This document shows, piece by piece, positions 53,030 through 64,000 of a stretch of 64,000 bases of DNA. The notes beneath the pieces are model-generated. The model was given only the letters and a program-made list of their open reading frames with translations. It did no database searches and was not told where the DNA came from. The stretch's first letter is position 1. Each line of letters opens with the position of its first letter. A program made the position numbers and the translations under genes. Location of the stretch: positions 88,846,001 to 88,910,000 of the forward strand of contig NC_043004.1 in NCBI RefSeq assembly GCF_006345805.1, read 5' to 3'. Source of the stretch: Octopus sinensis (taxonomy: Eukaryota).

Positions 53030-53092
53030 TAAAGATCGCCAGCCACTAAACCTTTTTTTTTTATTTTCTTTCCCTGTTTATTTCTGTGTTCC

Positions 53093-53126
53093 TTTCTGTC
53101 GAAGAGCTTAGGCTCGAAACGTAAAA
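53093..53126 (+). ncRNA. Minimal hammerhead motif with a core mutation (probably dead)
   Basis: TTT-CTGTCGA-A-GAGC(TTAG)GCTC-GAAA-CG-TA-AAA. A6 is replaced by U. Confidence 0.4.
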
Positions 53127-53225
53127 AAACTTTCTCCCTTCCCGAGCGTTAAACATCTGTTTGTTGTTTACACACCCGTCTTCGTCTTATGTTTTTTTTT
53201 GTAAATTCTCACTATATATATATAC

Positions 53226-53415
53226 ACTTCAGTCATTTGACTGCGGCCAAGCTGGAATACTGCCTTTAGTTGAACAAATCGATCCCAGGACTTATTCTTT
53301 GTAAGCCTAGTACTTATTCTATCGCTTATATTGACGAACCGCTAAGTTACAGGGACATAAAACACAGCAACATCAGTTGCCAAGCGAACGGGGGCAAACA
53401 CTGACACAACAAATA
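53226..53415 (-). mobile_element. SINE family A, 3' half
   Basis: ttcagtcatttgactgcggcc... reverse tail. Confidence 0.8.
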
Positions 53416-53440
53416 CATATATATATATGCATATATATAT

Positions 53441-53567
<127 letters not shown>

Positions 53568-54579
53568 TATATATATATATATAGATATATATATATATAT
53601 TATATATATATTATATATATATATATATATGATATACATTGATATAATGAAGAAAATTTTTGTATACAGTGCTTAGATGCACAACAACTATATATAAAAA
53701 AAGGCCATCAGGTGTAATGTTAGAGGATTTCAGGAAGTTAACAACTGATTCCATGAAAAATGTTTCCGAAAGTCATGGGTGCTATGTTGTTTTTTCTTTT
53801 GTTTTTTTGTTTTTTTTTTGGGGGGGGGGTATTATTTTATAAGCATGTCCGCGAGTGTTTGTCATATGGAATGCAAAAAGTTGCCCAAGGTTGTTGTTGG
53901 AAAGATGGTGGATAATGTTGTGGGTGTCTCTTAAGATTCAGTTGAATTAGGTACTTAAATTAAGGCACCTTGTTAGGGCTGAGTAAGACGAATGCTCAAG
54001 AATATTAAGGAAATATCAAACTTCATGAATAAGTGCCGGTCACATGATATTCTTGCAGTGTATGCAGATGATAAGACCCAGTTGAGGGAAGAAATCCTCT
54101 CTTAGTTATTCAGACATGTACTTTATATTAAAAATACTGTCTATAACATTTACGAAGCGTAGATTCCAGGATATGTGAATAAAATATGTGTGTAACAAAG
54201 TGGGGGTTTTATAGGTTTGACTGCGAGCATTTCAAAAATTAAAGTTTACCGAAAATTTTATAATTTGTCTCTATAATACACTTGCCCAAACTGAATTGCT
54301 GGAGTTATTTCATTTTTTCCAGAAAAATGTTTTTAAAAAGTTCACTCAGTCAGGAAACAGGATTTGGAAGCTGTCATTTTGTGCGTGACTGCACATTTTG
54401 TCAACATCCTGAAAATAGCATGTGCTGTCAATATTTGTAAACACTTGTTATGCCTCCTGTACTTTTCTTTCATGTAAATTAACGTTTATGTTAATTTCAA
54501 AGACTTATCCAAAAAATCTCATTTACCTTACAACCACCGCAATGTTCAATGATAAAAAGAAACGAGTAAATAAAAATTT

Positions 54580-54730
54580 AAGCATTCAATATACATTTAA
54601 TGCTAATGCGATGAACAACACATTACGTGTGATAAACACATTACAATTTAAATATGTTTAATTACAATATAAATATGCTTAGAAACAAACTTTTAAGCAT
54701 TCAATATACATTTAATGCAAATGCAATAAA
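54580..54730. repeat. Local direct duplication of about 55 bp
   Basis: TTTAAGCATTCAATATACATTTAATGC occurs at about 54577 and 54692. Confidence 0.7.
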
Positions 54731-55783
54731 CAACACGTTGCATGCGATCGTCAGTATATGTTCCCACCACGTCTTTTCGTACACATAAGAAGCCATTTTT
54801 TACGTAGTTTTCTTTTGGGTATAACAACCTTTTCTTGAAGGTACGACACAGTTTTCCTTTATTTTCCTCTGTTTTAAATGTTTCCAAAGTTCTCATGTTC
54901 CGCTTCTTGCTACTGAAACAGGCATGAATGCGTCTGTGACTTACGATTGGCTAAAATTACCAAAATTTTGAAGCTTAAATTGCTAATAAATCTATTTATT
55001 GATTTATAGCGAAATTTACTTTCACGTCATAATTTCGCCTATAAAAGTGTATCGTTACACTAAATATGAAATCAATTCGAACAGAATTGATGCTAGCAGC
55101 CAAACCGACTAGATTCCAAAGAGGTACAGGTGTCAATTCATTACGGCCGTTTCTAACGACTCCTTTAATTACATCATTGCAAAGAAACCGCTGCCATCAG
55201 ATGAATTAATGATCTTCAAACATAAAGAATAGTTCAACTTATTCAGCATAGCTAACAAATTGATGGAGTAAAAATATTTACATTGATCCTACTATCATTC
55301 AGTTGGCAGAATGAACTTATCAGAATAGTGTATATTTGGTGAGAACAAAGAATTTAGGGATTATTAGAATTTATAGTAGTGGGGGGAGATAATTGACCCA
55401 AGTGACTCTAAAGAGGAAGGATCGGCTCCGATCGTCTCCACTTTTTTTTTATTTTCACGATCCCTTTTGATCGGAATTCGACCCTTTTTTTCCTTCTCTT
55501 CTTCCCAAAAAGAAAAGTTCTACTTATAAAGAAATCTATCTTAAATAAGTTGTTTATGTGTACTGGCCAGTAGTGAAAGAAATAATTAATGCCAGGCCAG
55601 CCAACTAAATTATCAAAAGTGATGGGATTATATGTCTGCTTAATCTTCGCAAAATGGACAAGGCATAGGGTAGTGATAATGGAGTGAGTGATGAGGAGGG
55701 GATAATAGTAAGAAGAAGCAAGGTAGAGAAGCTGAATTTACTTAGATTCATTATCGTATTAAAGACCAATAGTTCTCAAGGTG

Positions 55784-55908
55784 CACGGGTGCCATTTGCA
55801 TGGTACCATCAACGACCATATCTACGATGCTCGGGTGTCGTTTACATGGCACCGGCAGCGACCACGACTACGATTCACGGGAGCTATTTACATAGCACTG
55901 GCAATGAC
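55784..55908. repeat. Degenerate 46-bp minisatellite, about 2.7 copies
   Basis: C(A/T)CGGG(T/A)G units start at 55784, 55830 and 55876. Confidence 0.7.
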
Positions 55909-55920
55909 ATATATATATAT

Positions 55921-55980
<60 letters not shown>

Positions 55981-57549
55981 TGTATGTATATGATTTTACA
56001 AGGAAAATATTGACAGTGACTTCGAAGTTTCGGTTGCTCGCCTTCATCAGACAGAGCTTTATTAGGGTTGTTTTCGGCTTTATATAGTTTTTTGATGTAT
56101 AGGTAACATCACGCAATTATATCTATGTAATTGTCTACAATAATATAATGTACATAACATACATACAAATAGCAATGCTAGAAACAGATTAGAAAAACCT
56201 AATCCTTATAGTAACATAGTTTCCTCAATTCTAACCTTCTCAAATTCCCCGGTTCAAAATTTCTTATTAGAAATCGAATAACACCAACATTAATTCAGCT
56301 TAGTCTGAGCTATATTGTGTGACCGACTGACTTATCTAGAAACATTCTTTTGTTAACCATAAAAACATAACAAAAGACAATTTTCTATTTAAGGAATGTT
56401 GTGACCTCAGATTGGCACAGTAGTTTACATCTTTGCTTCAACGCGTGACTGAACCTTTAACAATAACAAAATTCCAATATCAAACTAAAATAAATCTCCT
56501 GACCATTATCTTTTAGCAACCCTCACTCTACAAATACATGCATTCTTCCTATACTCTTCTAACAACTCTACCTACACCACATCTAATTATCATTTTACAT
56601 AGCTTCACATGCTCCCCCTGTCCTAAAAAAATACTAAAGACAATGTAAAATCAAAAAGAACGAAAATAAAGCCCCGTCTGATGAAGGCGAAACTTCGAAG
56701 TTACTATCGACCTTTTCCTTGAAAAGGATACTGAATAGTCCTTAAGTTTAATGTTAAATTGTGTTTATATATAATTTACATGAAAACAAACATTGGTGTC
56801 TGTGTGTGTGTGTGTATTAGTCTTGAATTATATTGGGATAAAGTGTTTGCAAGTCATAAAAAGATGTTCAAATCATTTTATTTCAATGTTATTTCAGCCT
56901 ACAAAATGTTTCATTGAGAGACCAGCGCAGCTGGATTCGAATTTCTCAAAGTATAAACACAAGTGTAAAATGTGACGCTTAAATTTTATATCATAAGCGT
57001 CAGAGGAAACAACTGCTCACGCAAGTGTGTGTGTGTGTGTGTGTGTACGTATGTATGTATCTAAAGATGGCATAGAACCAATACAAAGGACTTCTCGAAT
57101 TCCTCTTCTATCTCATCAGTGATATTACAGTATTTATAACTTTGAGGATTTATAACTTTTTACGATGAATAACGATAAACATCTCTCCTACGGCTCCAGT
57201 TTTTTCCGCTAAATTTATATATTTTCATACTCATTTCTGTATGACTGTGTTATAAATGATTCGATACCTTTGCAACTACTTGTTTATCTTTTATACATAC
57301 ATACATACATACATACATACATACATACATACATACATACATACATACATTCGTACATACACACATACATACACACACACATACATACATACATACATAC
57401 ATACATACATACATACATACATACATACATACATACATACATGCATGCATGCATGCATGCATACATACATACATACACATACATACATACATACATACAT
57501 ACATACATACATACATACACCCATACATAGATACATACATACATGCCAA

Positions 57550-58130
57550 TAGCAATACCGGATTACTACCTCCCTCTTTGAAGAGTATACGTTTGTAATC
57601 CAGGAACAGGAAATATCAACCGAACACCAGCTGCATAAGAAGGATAGAGATGTACGCCAAGCAGCAAAATGTGATAACCGATGCAAACTTTGTGAAGTTA
57701 AAACCGAAGATATCATCCACATCATAAACAGTTGTCCAAAAATGTCATCACGGTATTATATACCGATGCGACATGATGTTGATGATAGGACAGGCTATAA
57801 TGGAATCCGTCGGAAGGATAAACCCGAGGACAAAGAAATAAGAACCCACAGTATTGTAAAAGCCATGGCTACTCATAATATAAAAAAGTTCTGGTCGAAT
57901 ATCCCAGTGAAGACATCAATAAAATGGAAGCATACCTGATATAATGATTTGGAATAGAGAAAAGAAACTGTGTACAGTTGTGGAAATTAGCTGCCCAGCG
58001 GATGTTAACATAAAGCTGAAGATCAGTGAAAAAGAGAACACCTATGCTGAACTATTGAGAAATCTGCAGTTACCCTATCCAGATTACAAGTTCAGGTTTA
58101 TACCTGTAATTACTGGAACACTGGGATATG
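57550..58130 (+). mobile_element. RLE LINE fragment with CCHC finger and endonuclease
   Basis: CKLCEVKTEDIIHIINSCPKMSSRYYIPMRHD (zinc finger), then PDIMIWNREKKLCTVVEISCPADVNIKLKISEKENTYAEL...FIPVITGTLG. Confidence 0.85.
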
Positions 58131-58406
58131 TATATATATATATATTGTATTTATTTTATTTTATTTTATCTAGTTTCAGCTCACGAGCTGTGGCCATGCT
58201 GGGGCACCGCCATATAGATATATGACCATCTCTAGATATGCAACTATGTGCCTGAGAATACATACATAAAACAAAACATACAAATCTGCACATGTACATA
58301 CATACATACATACATATATTTATATACATACATATATATATATACATATATATACATATATATATACATATATATATACATATATATACATATATATATA
58401 TATGTG

Positions 58407-58544
<138 letters not shown>

Positions 58545-58665
58545 TATTATAAAGTTAATCCAAACATGAAAACACAAAGAGAAAACACACAACGCGAGTA
58601 CGTGGAACAAATATAGTATTATAGGACGCTCAGGAAGGAAGGAAGGAAGGAAGGAAAGAAAGAGG

Positions 58666-58700
58666 ATTTAACGTTTCGAGCGGAGCTCTTCGTCAGAAAC
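58666..58700 (-). ncRNA. Minimal hammerhead motif in a Penelope-like terminal repeat
   Basis: GTTT-CTGACGA-A-GAGC(TCC)GCTC-GAAA-CG-TT-AAAT. Confidence 0.55.
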
Positions 58701-58825
58701 ATAGGAGAAAGAAAGATCCAAAGAAAGGAAGACGGAGGAAAAAAATCGCCAACGGTACAGATGCGGTCACATTTTGAATGACATATATATGTATTTGTAT
58801 ATATATATATATATATATATACATG

Positions 58826-59072
58826 TGAAGGCGCATGGCTCAGTGGTTAGAGCGTCGAGCTTACGATCGTGAGGTTGTGAGTTCGAATGCCGGACCGGGC
58901 TGCGTGTTGTGTTCTTGAGCAAGACACTTTATTTCACGTTGCTCCAGTTCACTCAACTGTAGAAATGAGTTGCGACGTCACAGGTGCCAAACTATATCAG
59001 CCTTTGCCTTTCCCTTGGATAACACTGGTGACGTGGAGAGGGGAGGCCGGTATGCATGGTGTAACCTTGTAG
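58826..59072 (+). mobile_element. SINE family D
   Basis: TGGCTCAGTGG / GAGTTCGAATGCC / TTGAGCAAGACACTTTATTTCACG. Confidence 0.85.
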
Positions 59073-59290
59073 GTTCAAAGGGGGCCTCATATATACGTAT
59101 ATATACATATATATACACGTACGTACGTACGTACGTATGTATGTATGTATGTATGTATGTACGTATGTATGTATGTATGTATGTATGTATGTATGTATGT
59201 ATGTATGTATGTATGTATGTATGTATGTATGTATGTATGTATGTATGTATGGTGAATTCTGCACCTACATAACGCTAGGGAATTTGAATG

Positions 59291-59407
<117 letters not shown>

Positions 59408-60061
59408 GCAGACTGGCAGGCAAACAGGTAGACTGACAGGTAGGCAGGCAGGCAGACAGGCAGAGAGATAGACAGACTTATAGATAGATTCTCAATCAGT
59501 AAAGATCAGCTCAATTGATTCTCTTTATATTCAAATCAGTTAAACCATTGACGTATGTTTTATATTTCTAATTAATCACTCACTGTTTGATCAGTCTAGC
59601 AAGTTATTATTCAAGTTCACTTCTTACACCTAAACATTTCGAAGCTAGCTTAAAACAACACTCTAAGGATCATTGTAATTTACTAAAATCTGTTCAATAT
59701 GTCATCACACGACAACGAGACATTGCGAATATTTACGAGACTGTCTGAAGTGATAAATCAGTCCTGTTCTATTGTTATTTCTAAACAGGTTTTCATTGTG
59801 TAAACACTGCTACGAAATCTCTCCAGAATTATCGTCGTTATCATGTTATGTCATGTCATCTTGGTGTTATATGTTAATATATTTCTTCTAAAGAATAGCA
59901 TTCATCCCATCTTTGTTATTTAGCTCTCACTATTGAGATGCGTATACGTGTGTGAATGTGCGTGAGGGCGTATGTATGCATGTGTGTGTGTAAATATGTG
60001 TATGCTTTTTTTTTTACCATAAATTGTTTTATGCCCATTTATGCACACACACACTTTTGTG

Positions 60062-60094
<33 letters not shown>

Positions 60095-60100
<6 letters not shown>

Positions 60101-60531
60101 ATATAAAATCCGTTCTATATGTCTGTGTGTGTGTCTTCCAGGATCTCGAGCATCCTCCAGCCAATTGCGCTCACATTTGATATGTAGATACCGACGGTAT
60201 CAGGGCGTGTCTTGAAAAAATTACAAAAATCGATTCCAGGTGAGATTGCGATCGATAAAGCCGTTTTTATCCTGCTTTTCTTCTGTCAACCTGTATATAA
60301 CTACACCTTCCATTTTTTGTTGTTTTTGTACTGTTTAAACACACGTTTCTTTCCTGCCGAGCTTGCTGTTTAAACCATGTTTGTGTTCTCCCAGTCAACA
60401 GACTTATCAATACTGGTATTTTAAACTCTTCGGTTGCATATTTGTGTGAATAAAATCGTTTTTCTTTGGAATAGAAAAAAGTCTATCTTTATTTCTTCTT
60501 TTGCTGGTGTCTCAAATTTAGGTTAAATCAG
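60095..60531 (+). mobile_element. Helitron-like element, copy 2 (internally deleted)
   Basis: Matches the reverse complement of 7448-8032 but lacks the roughly 160 bp found at about 7705-7860. Confidence 0.65.
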
Positions 60532-60699
60532 CAGGGTTACAAAAAAATAACAGCCATATGATTAAAAAAAAAATCTTTAAAATCAGGAATCATCTGAAGC
60601 AGTTATAATACATCAATGACAACAGCAAGCTAGTTTCACCATACAACTAAAAAGAAACAACAATTACCTAAAACTTGAGTGATATACACACAACGAGAG

Positions 60700-61056
60700 T
60701 AAAATTACCAATAGGGAAACGAAAATAAACTTTGAAAACAGCAACACCACCATAGGTTACGTGGAAACGGTTAACGTGTTTTCAAGGGAGATAATCAAAG
60801 AACGTAACATTGTAATACTTTGTGTAAAGTAAATTTAACAAATGAAAAATCTTTTAAGAATCCATAAAAATTCCCGGATCACTACCAAAATTTCATCATC
60901 TGTTCCTTGTGTCATTACGAACTTTTCCTGCAAGTTTCATCAAATACCGTTTACAACGTTTTGGGTGATTTTGCACACAGACGGACAGACAGAGGGACAG
61001 CCGGACAAACCAGCGCCGATGAAAACAAAACCTCCTTCCTTGGCAGAGATAATTAT
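60700..61056 (+). mobile_element. Helentron/HINE-like non-autonomous element
   Basis: Internal (GACA)-rich tract and terminal AAAACAAAACCTCCTTCCTTGGCAGAGATAAT, resembling the ACCTCCTTGGCGGAGGTAAT palindromic end of such elements. Confidence 0.5.
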
Positions 61057-61142
61057 TTAAAACATTAGAGAAAGAAAGCTAGCTGTTTCTAGCAATAAAT
61101 ATATCTAAAACAAAATTGCTTTTCACAGGCCCTTAAAATACT

Positions 61143-61373
61143 TATTTCTTTACTACCCACAAGAGGCTAAACATAGACAGGACAAACATGGACAAACAAA
61201 CGGATTAAGTCGATTATATCGACCCCAGTGCGTAACTGGTACTTAATTTATCGACCCCGAAAGGATGAAAGGCAAAGTCGACCTCGGCGGAATTTGAACT
61301 CAGAACGTAGCGGCAGACGAAATACGGTTACGTATTTCGTCCGGCGTGCTAACCTTTCTGCCAGCTCGCCGCC
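61143..61373 (-). mobile_element. SINE family B, young
   Basis: Perfect 17-bp TSD CAGGCCCTTAAAATACT (61126-61142 / 61373-61389). Confidence 0.92.
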
Positions 61374-62689
61374 AGGCCCTTAAAATACTACTCTAGATCT
61401 CCAGTTTACTATTCTGTTTGCGTGGACCCCGAATGAACACCGGTTGTGAACCACTAGTTTAGAGTTGTATCCAATAAAAGGTCAAAGCAACAACACGGTG
61501 GCTAAGATGTAGGAAGCAAAAGCAGTGTTGACCAGCACATATGTAGCGTGAATTTTCACATGTTGAGGCGAAATATTTTAGACAAGTATTGGTATTTATC
61601 ACAGCAGCCGATATGTTGATAAATATTTACATAAGATTGGAAGTATTGTCGTGTTATTGCGTCTCTTTTATCATTCGATGAATTTAACTCGAAATGAATA
61701 TATCATTTATATGATACCAATAAATGTTCTAAGTGGTGTCTTAATGATAATATTCTGTATCATAATGGGTAATTAAAATATTTAATAAACATAAGTAATA
61801 TACGGCAGCAATATCATTTACTTAGAATTTGAGTTAACAATCTCCTTATAGCTTGGAGCTGTTCAATAAATATATCTTTGTTCACAGCTAATGAGGATGT
61901 ATTAATGAGAATATATGAAGATCACTTGCAAAAAGAAACCAGTGTCGATAATCTTAAAAGCATGAAGGATTTAATGTTCGAAACTAATCCGGACCTGTAT
62001 TACTCGTATACTTGTTTATATTCTCTATCAGATAATATTCCTATTTTGATGTAAAGGACAAACATAAAGCCGTTCTTTTCCATTACATAAAATATAAAAT
62101 ATAAATATATCTTCAGATTTTAAAATTAACAACGATAAGTAGGTTCATTTAGGAAATGAAATCTCCTGCAAACGAACGTATTAGAAAACGCGTGCCTATT
62201 TCCAAGATTCAATTACGTTCAGTTATCTCATCACATTTTTTCTTTTTTTTTTTTTCCTATTCGTGGGAGGCAATGAGGATATAATTATTAAAATCCTAAT
62301 ATAAAAGGCTCGCTACTTGTAATTCATATGCTGCAAAGTAAAATAACAATTGCCTTGATTTTCAGTGATTAATTTCGAAGCAGGAATATTTTCATTGCAA
62401 ATATTAATTAAAGATTTGTATAATAACCATAAAGGACAAATATAAAATCCTTTTATTATTTGTTGACTAAAATGTTTATAATTAATAAAGGAAGTGGGTT
62501 TTCTTCAGTAAAGTGATCGTCCAAATGAAGCAATCGTGGACAAAAGCCTTATTTGTGACATCAGATACGCTGCCATTTTGTTCGCTGAAAATTATATCCT
62601 TCAAAACAAATTTTCAAAATCAATGAATTTGTCTTCGTAAAATCTACGAGTTTGTCGGCGATGAGATTGTTATCTTTTATCTTGCTTTG

Positions 62690-63082
62690 CGTGTTTCAGT
62701 CATTAGCCTACGGCCATGCTGGTGCACCACCTTGAAGAGTTTTAGTCGAACAAATCGAACTCAATACTTTTATTTTTTTTAACTCTTATATTTATTCTAT
62801 CGGTGTCTTTCGCTGAACTGCTGTGTTACGGGATCGTAAACCAACCAAACCGGTTGTCAAGCTGTGAGAGATGGGAAGGAACAACCACAAACACAAAGAT
62901 ACACGCATGTGTGAGAACGTCGGGATTCCACACAGATTCCGCCCACCAGATTCACTCACAAAGCATTGGTTAGTTCGAGGCTACAGTAAAAGTCATTTGC
63001 TCAAGGTGCTACGCAGTGGGATTGAACATAAAACCACATGGTTGCAAAGCAAACCTCTTAACCACACAGTCATGCCTACACC
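62690..63082 (-). mobile_element. SINE family A, diverged
   Basis: Reverse copy with head at about 63080. Confidence 0.75.
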
Positions 63083-63504
63083 GCTTCAAAACTAATTTTC
63101 CTAACCAAGGAATTTCTGTTGTCGTAAAATATACAAGGCTATCTAGGATTTTTAGTGATATTCTTTTGTGATATTCGAAGTATTGCACATCGCAATTGTT
63201 TTTGTTTTTTCTTTTAGTATATGCATGGTGAGCTGCCAAGAAAACGCTGTAGATATAAGCCAACATAACAGTTTGATTCACGGGGTTAACAAACTTTAAG
63301 ACAATTCGAACACCTAGGTATTTTACTACCATCTATGCAGGAGAATGACCAACATTCGAGTATGAACTCCGAACATATAAACTTAAAACCAAATTTTAAA
63401 AAACAGTTCGGAGAAGCGAAGTAATAGAATAATCAGTTGTTTAGGCTATCTTCTAGTATAATGCCATAAATATAATATGATTAATTAGGATCGATATTAA
63501 AGGT

Positions 63505-63720
63505 AGCATTAAGGTGGAAAACTGGTAGAATCGTCAGAATGCATAACGGCATTTTGTCCGTCTATAAGTTCTGAGTTTAAATTCCGACTTTGCCTTTCAT
63601 CCTTTCATCCTTTTGAGATCGATAAAATAAGTGCCAGTTGTGCACAGAGGTCGATGGAATCGACATAGTTCCTCTCCCGGAATTGCTGGCCGTGTGCCAA
63701 AATCTGAAACCAATATTAGG
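63505..63720 (+). mobile_element. SINE family B, diverged
   Basis: ttctgagtttaaattccgactttgcctttcatcc core. Confidence 0.7.
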
Positions 63721-64000
63721 GGTAACATTGTATTCGAAAGTAAAATAGAAAAATGTATCAGTAAACCTGTGTAAATGAAGATACCAGAAGCGATGGTCCG
63801 AGGCATATAACGACTAATGTAAAACCTTCATACTTATGACACTGTATCATCGTCTATATAGCGAGAATATTCGATAGCAATTACTAATTCTCTTAGCACA
63901 CTGATGGCGTGTGGTTATATACAATCTGTCGTTTAAAAGTTATTATTTAATTTAGAATATTACAGTTCAAAGTATGGACATTACGTTACTGACTACACAA

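Noticed and set aside
55003-55045. 14-bp stem-loop TTTATAGCGAAATT/AATTTCGCCTATAAA
   Set aside because: Short and AT-rich, probably part of a decayed DNA element; nothing further supports it.

Overview
AT-rich, microsatellite-dense eukaryotic DNA. The SINE families and the (AT)/(GATA)/(TATG)/(TAA) load point to an octopod cephalopod (inference from recalled repeat families; no search was run). The window appears to lie entirely inside one large + strand gene. Two coding exons were recovered, 17949-18089 and 31430-31582. Both are phase 1-1 with canonical AG/GT ends, and they splice in frame into the loop F/loop C/M1/M2-start region of a GABA-A-type Cys-loop receptor subunit of the GRD/alpha-like kind, ending WINREATSDRIALG. 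No other exon was found. The rest is intronic: two near full-length dead mariners, Tc1, MULE, Penelope-like and RLE (R4/Dong-like) LINE remnants, Helitron-type non-autonomous elements, MITEs, four tRNA-derived SINE families, microsatellites and one 100-N gap. Almost all ORFs in the supplied track are microsatellite artefacts. No new system is proven. The best leads are: (1) an apparently intact sense-strand type I hammerhead ribozyme at 47594-47679, plus several minimal or degenerate hammerheads; (2) a cation-type M2 selectivity motif and a loop C Tyr-to-His change in the receptor; (3) near-perfect intronic hairpins that could be ADAR or miRNA substrates; (4) two independent head-to-head SINE pairs spaced 78 and 82 nt apart.
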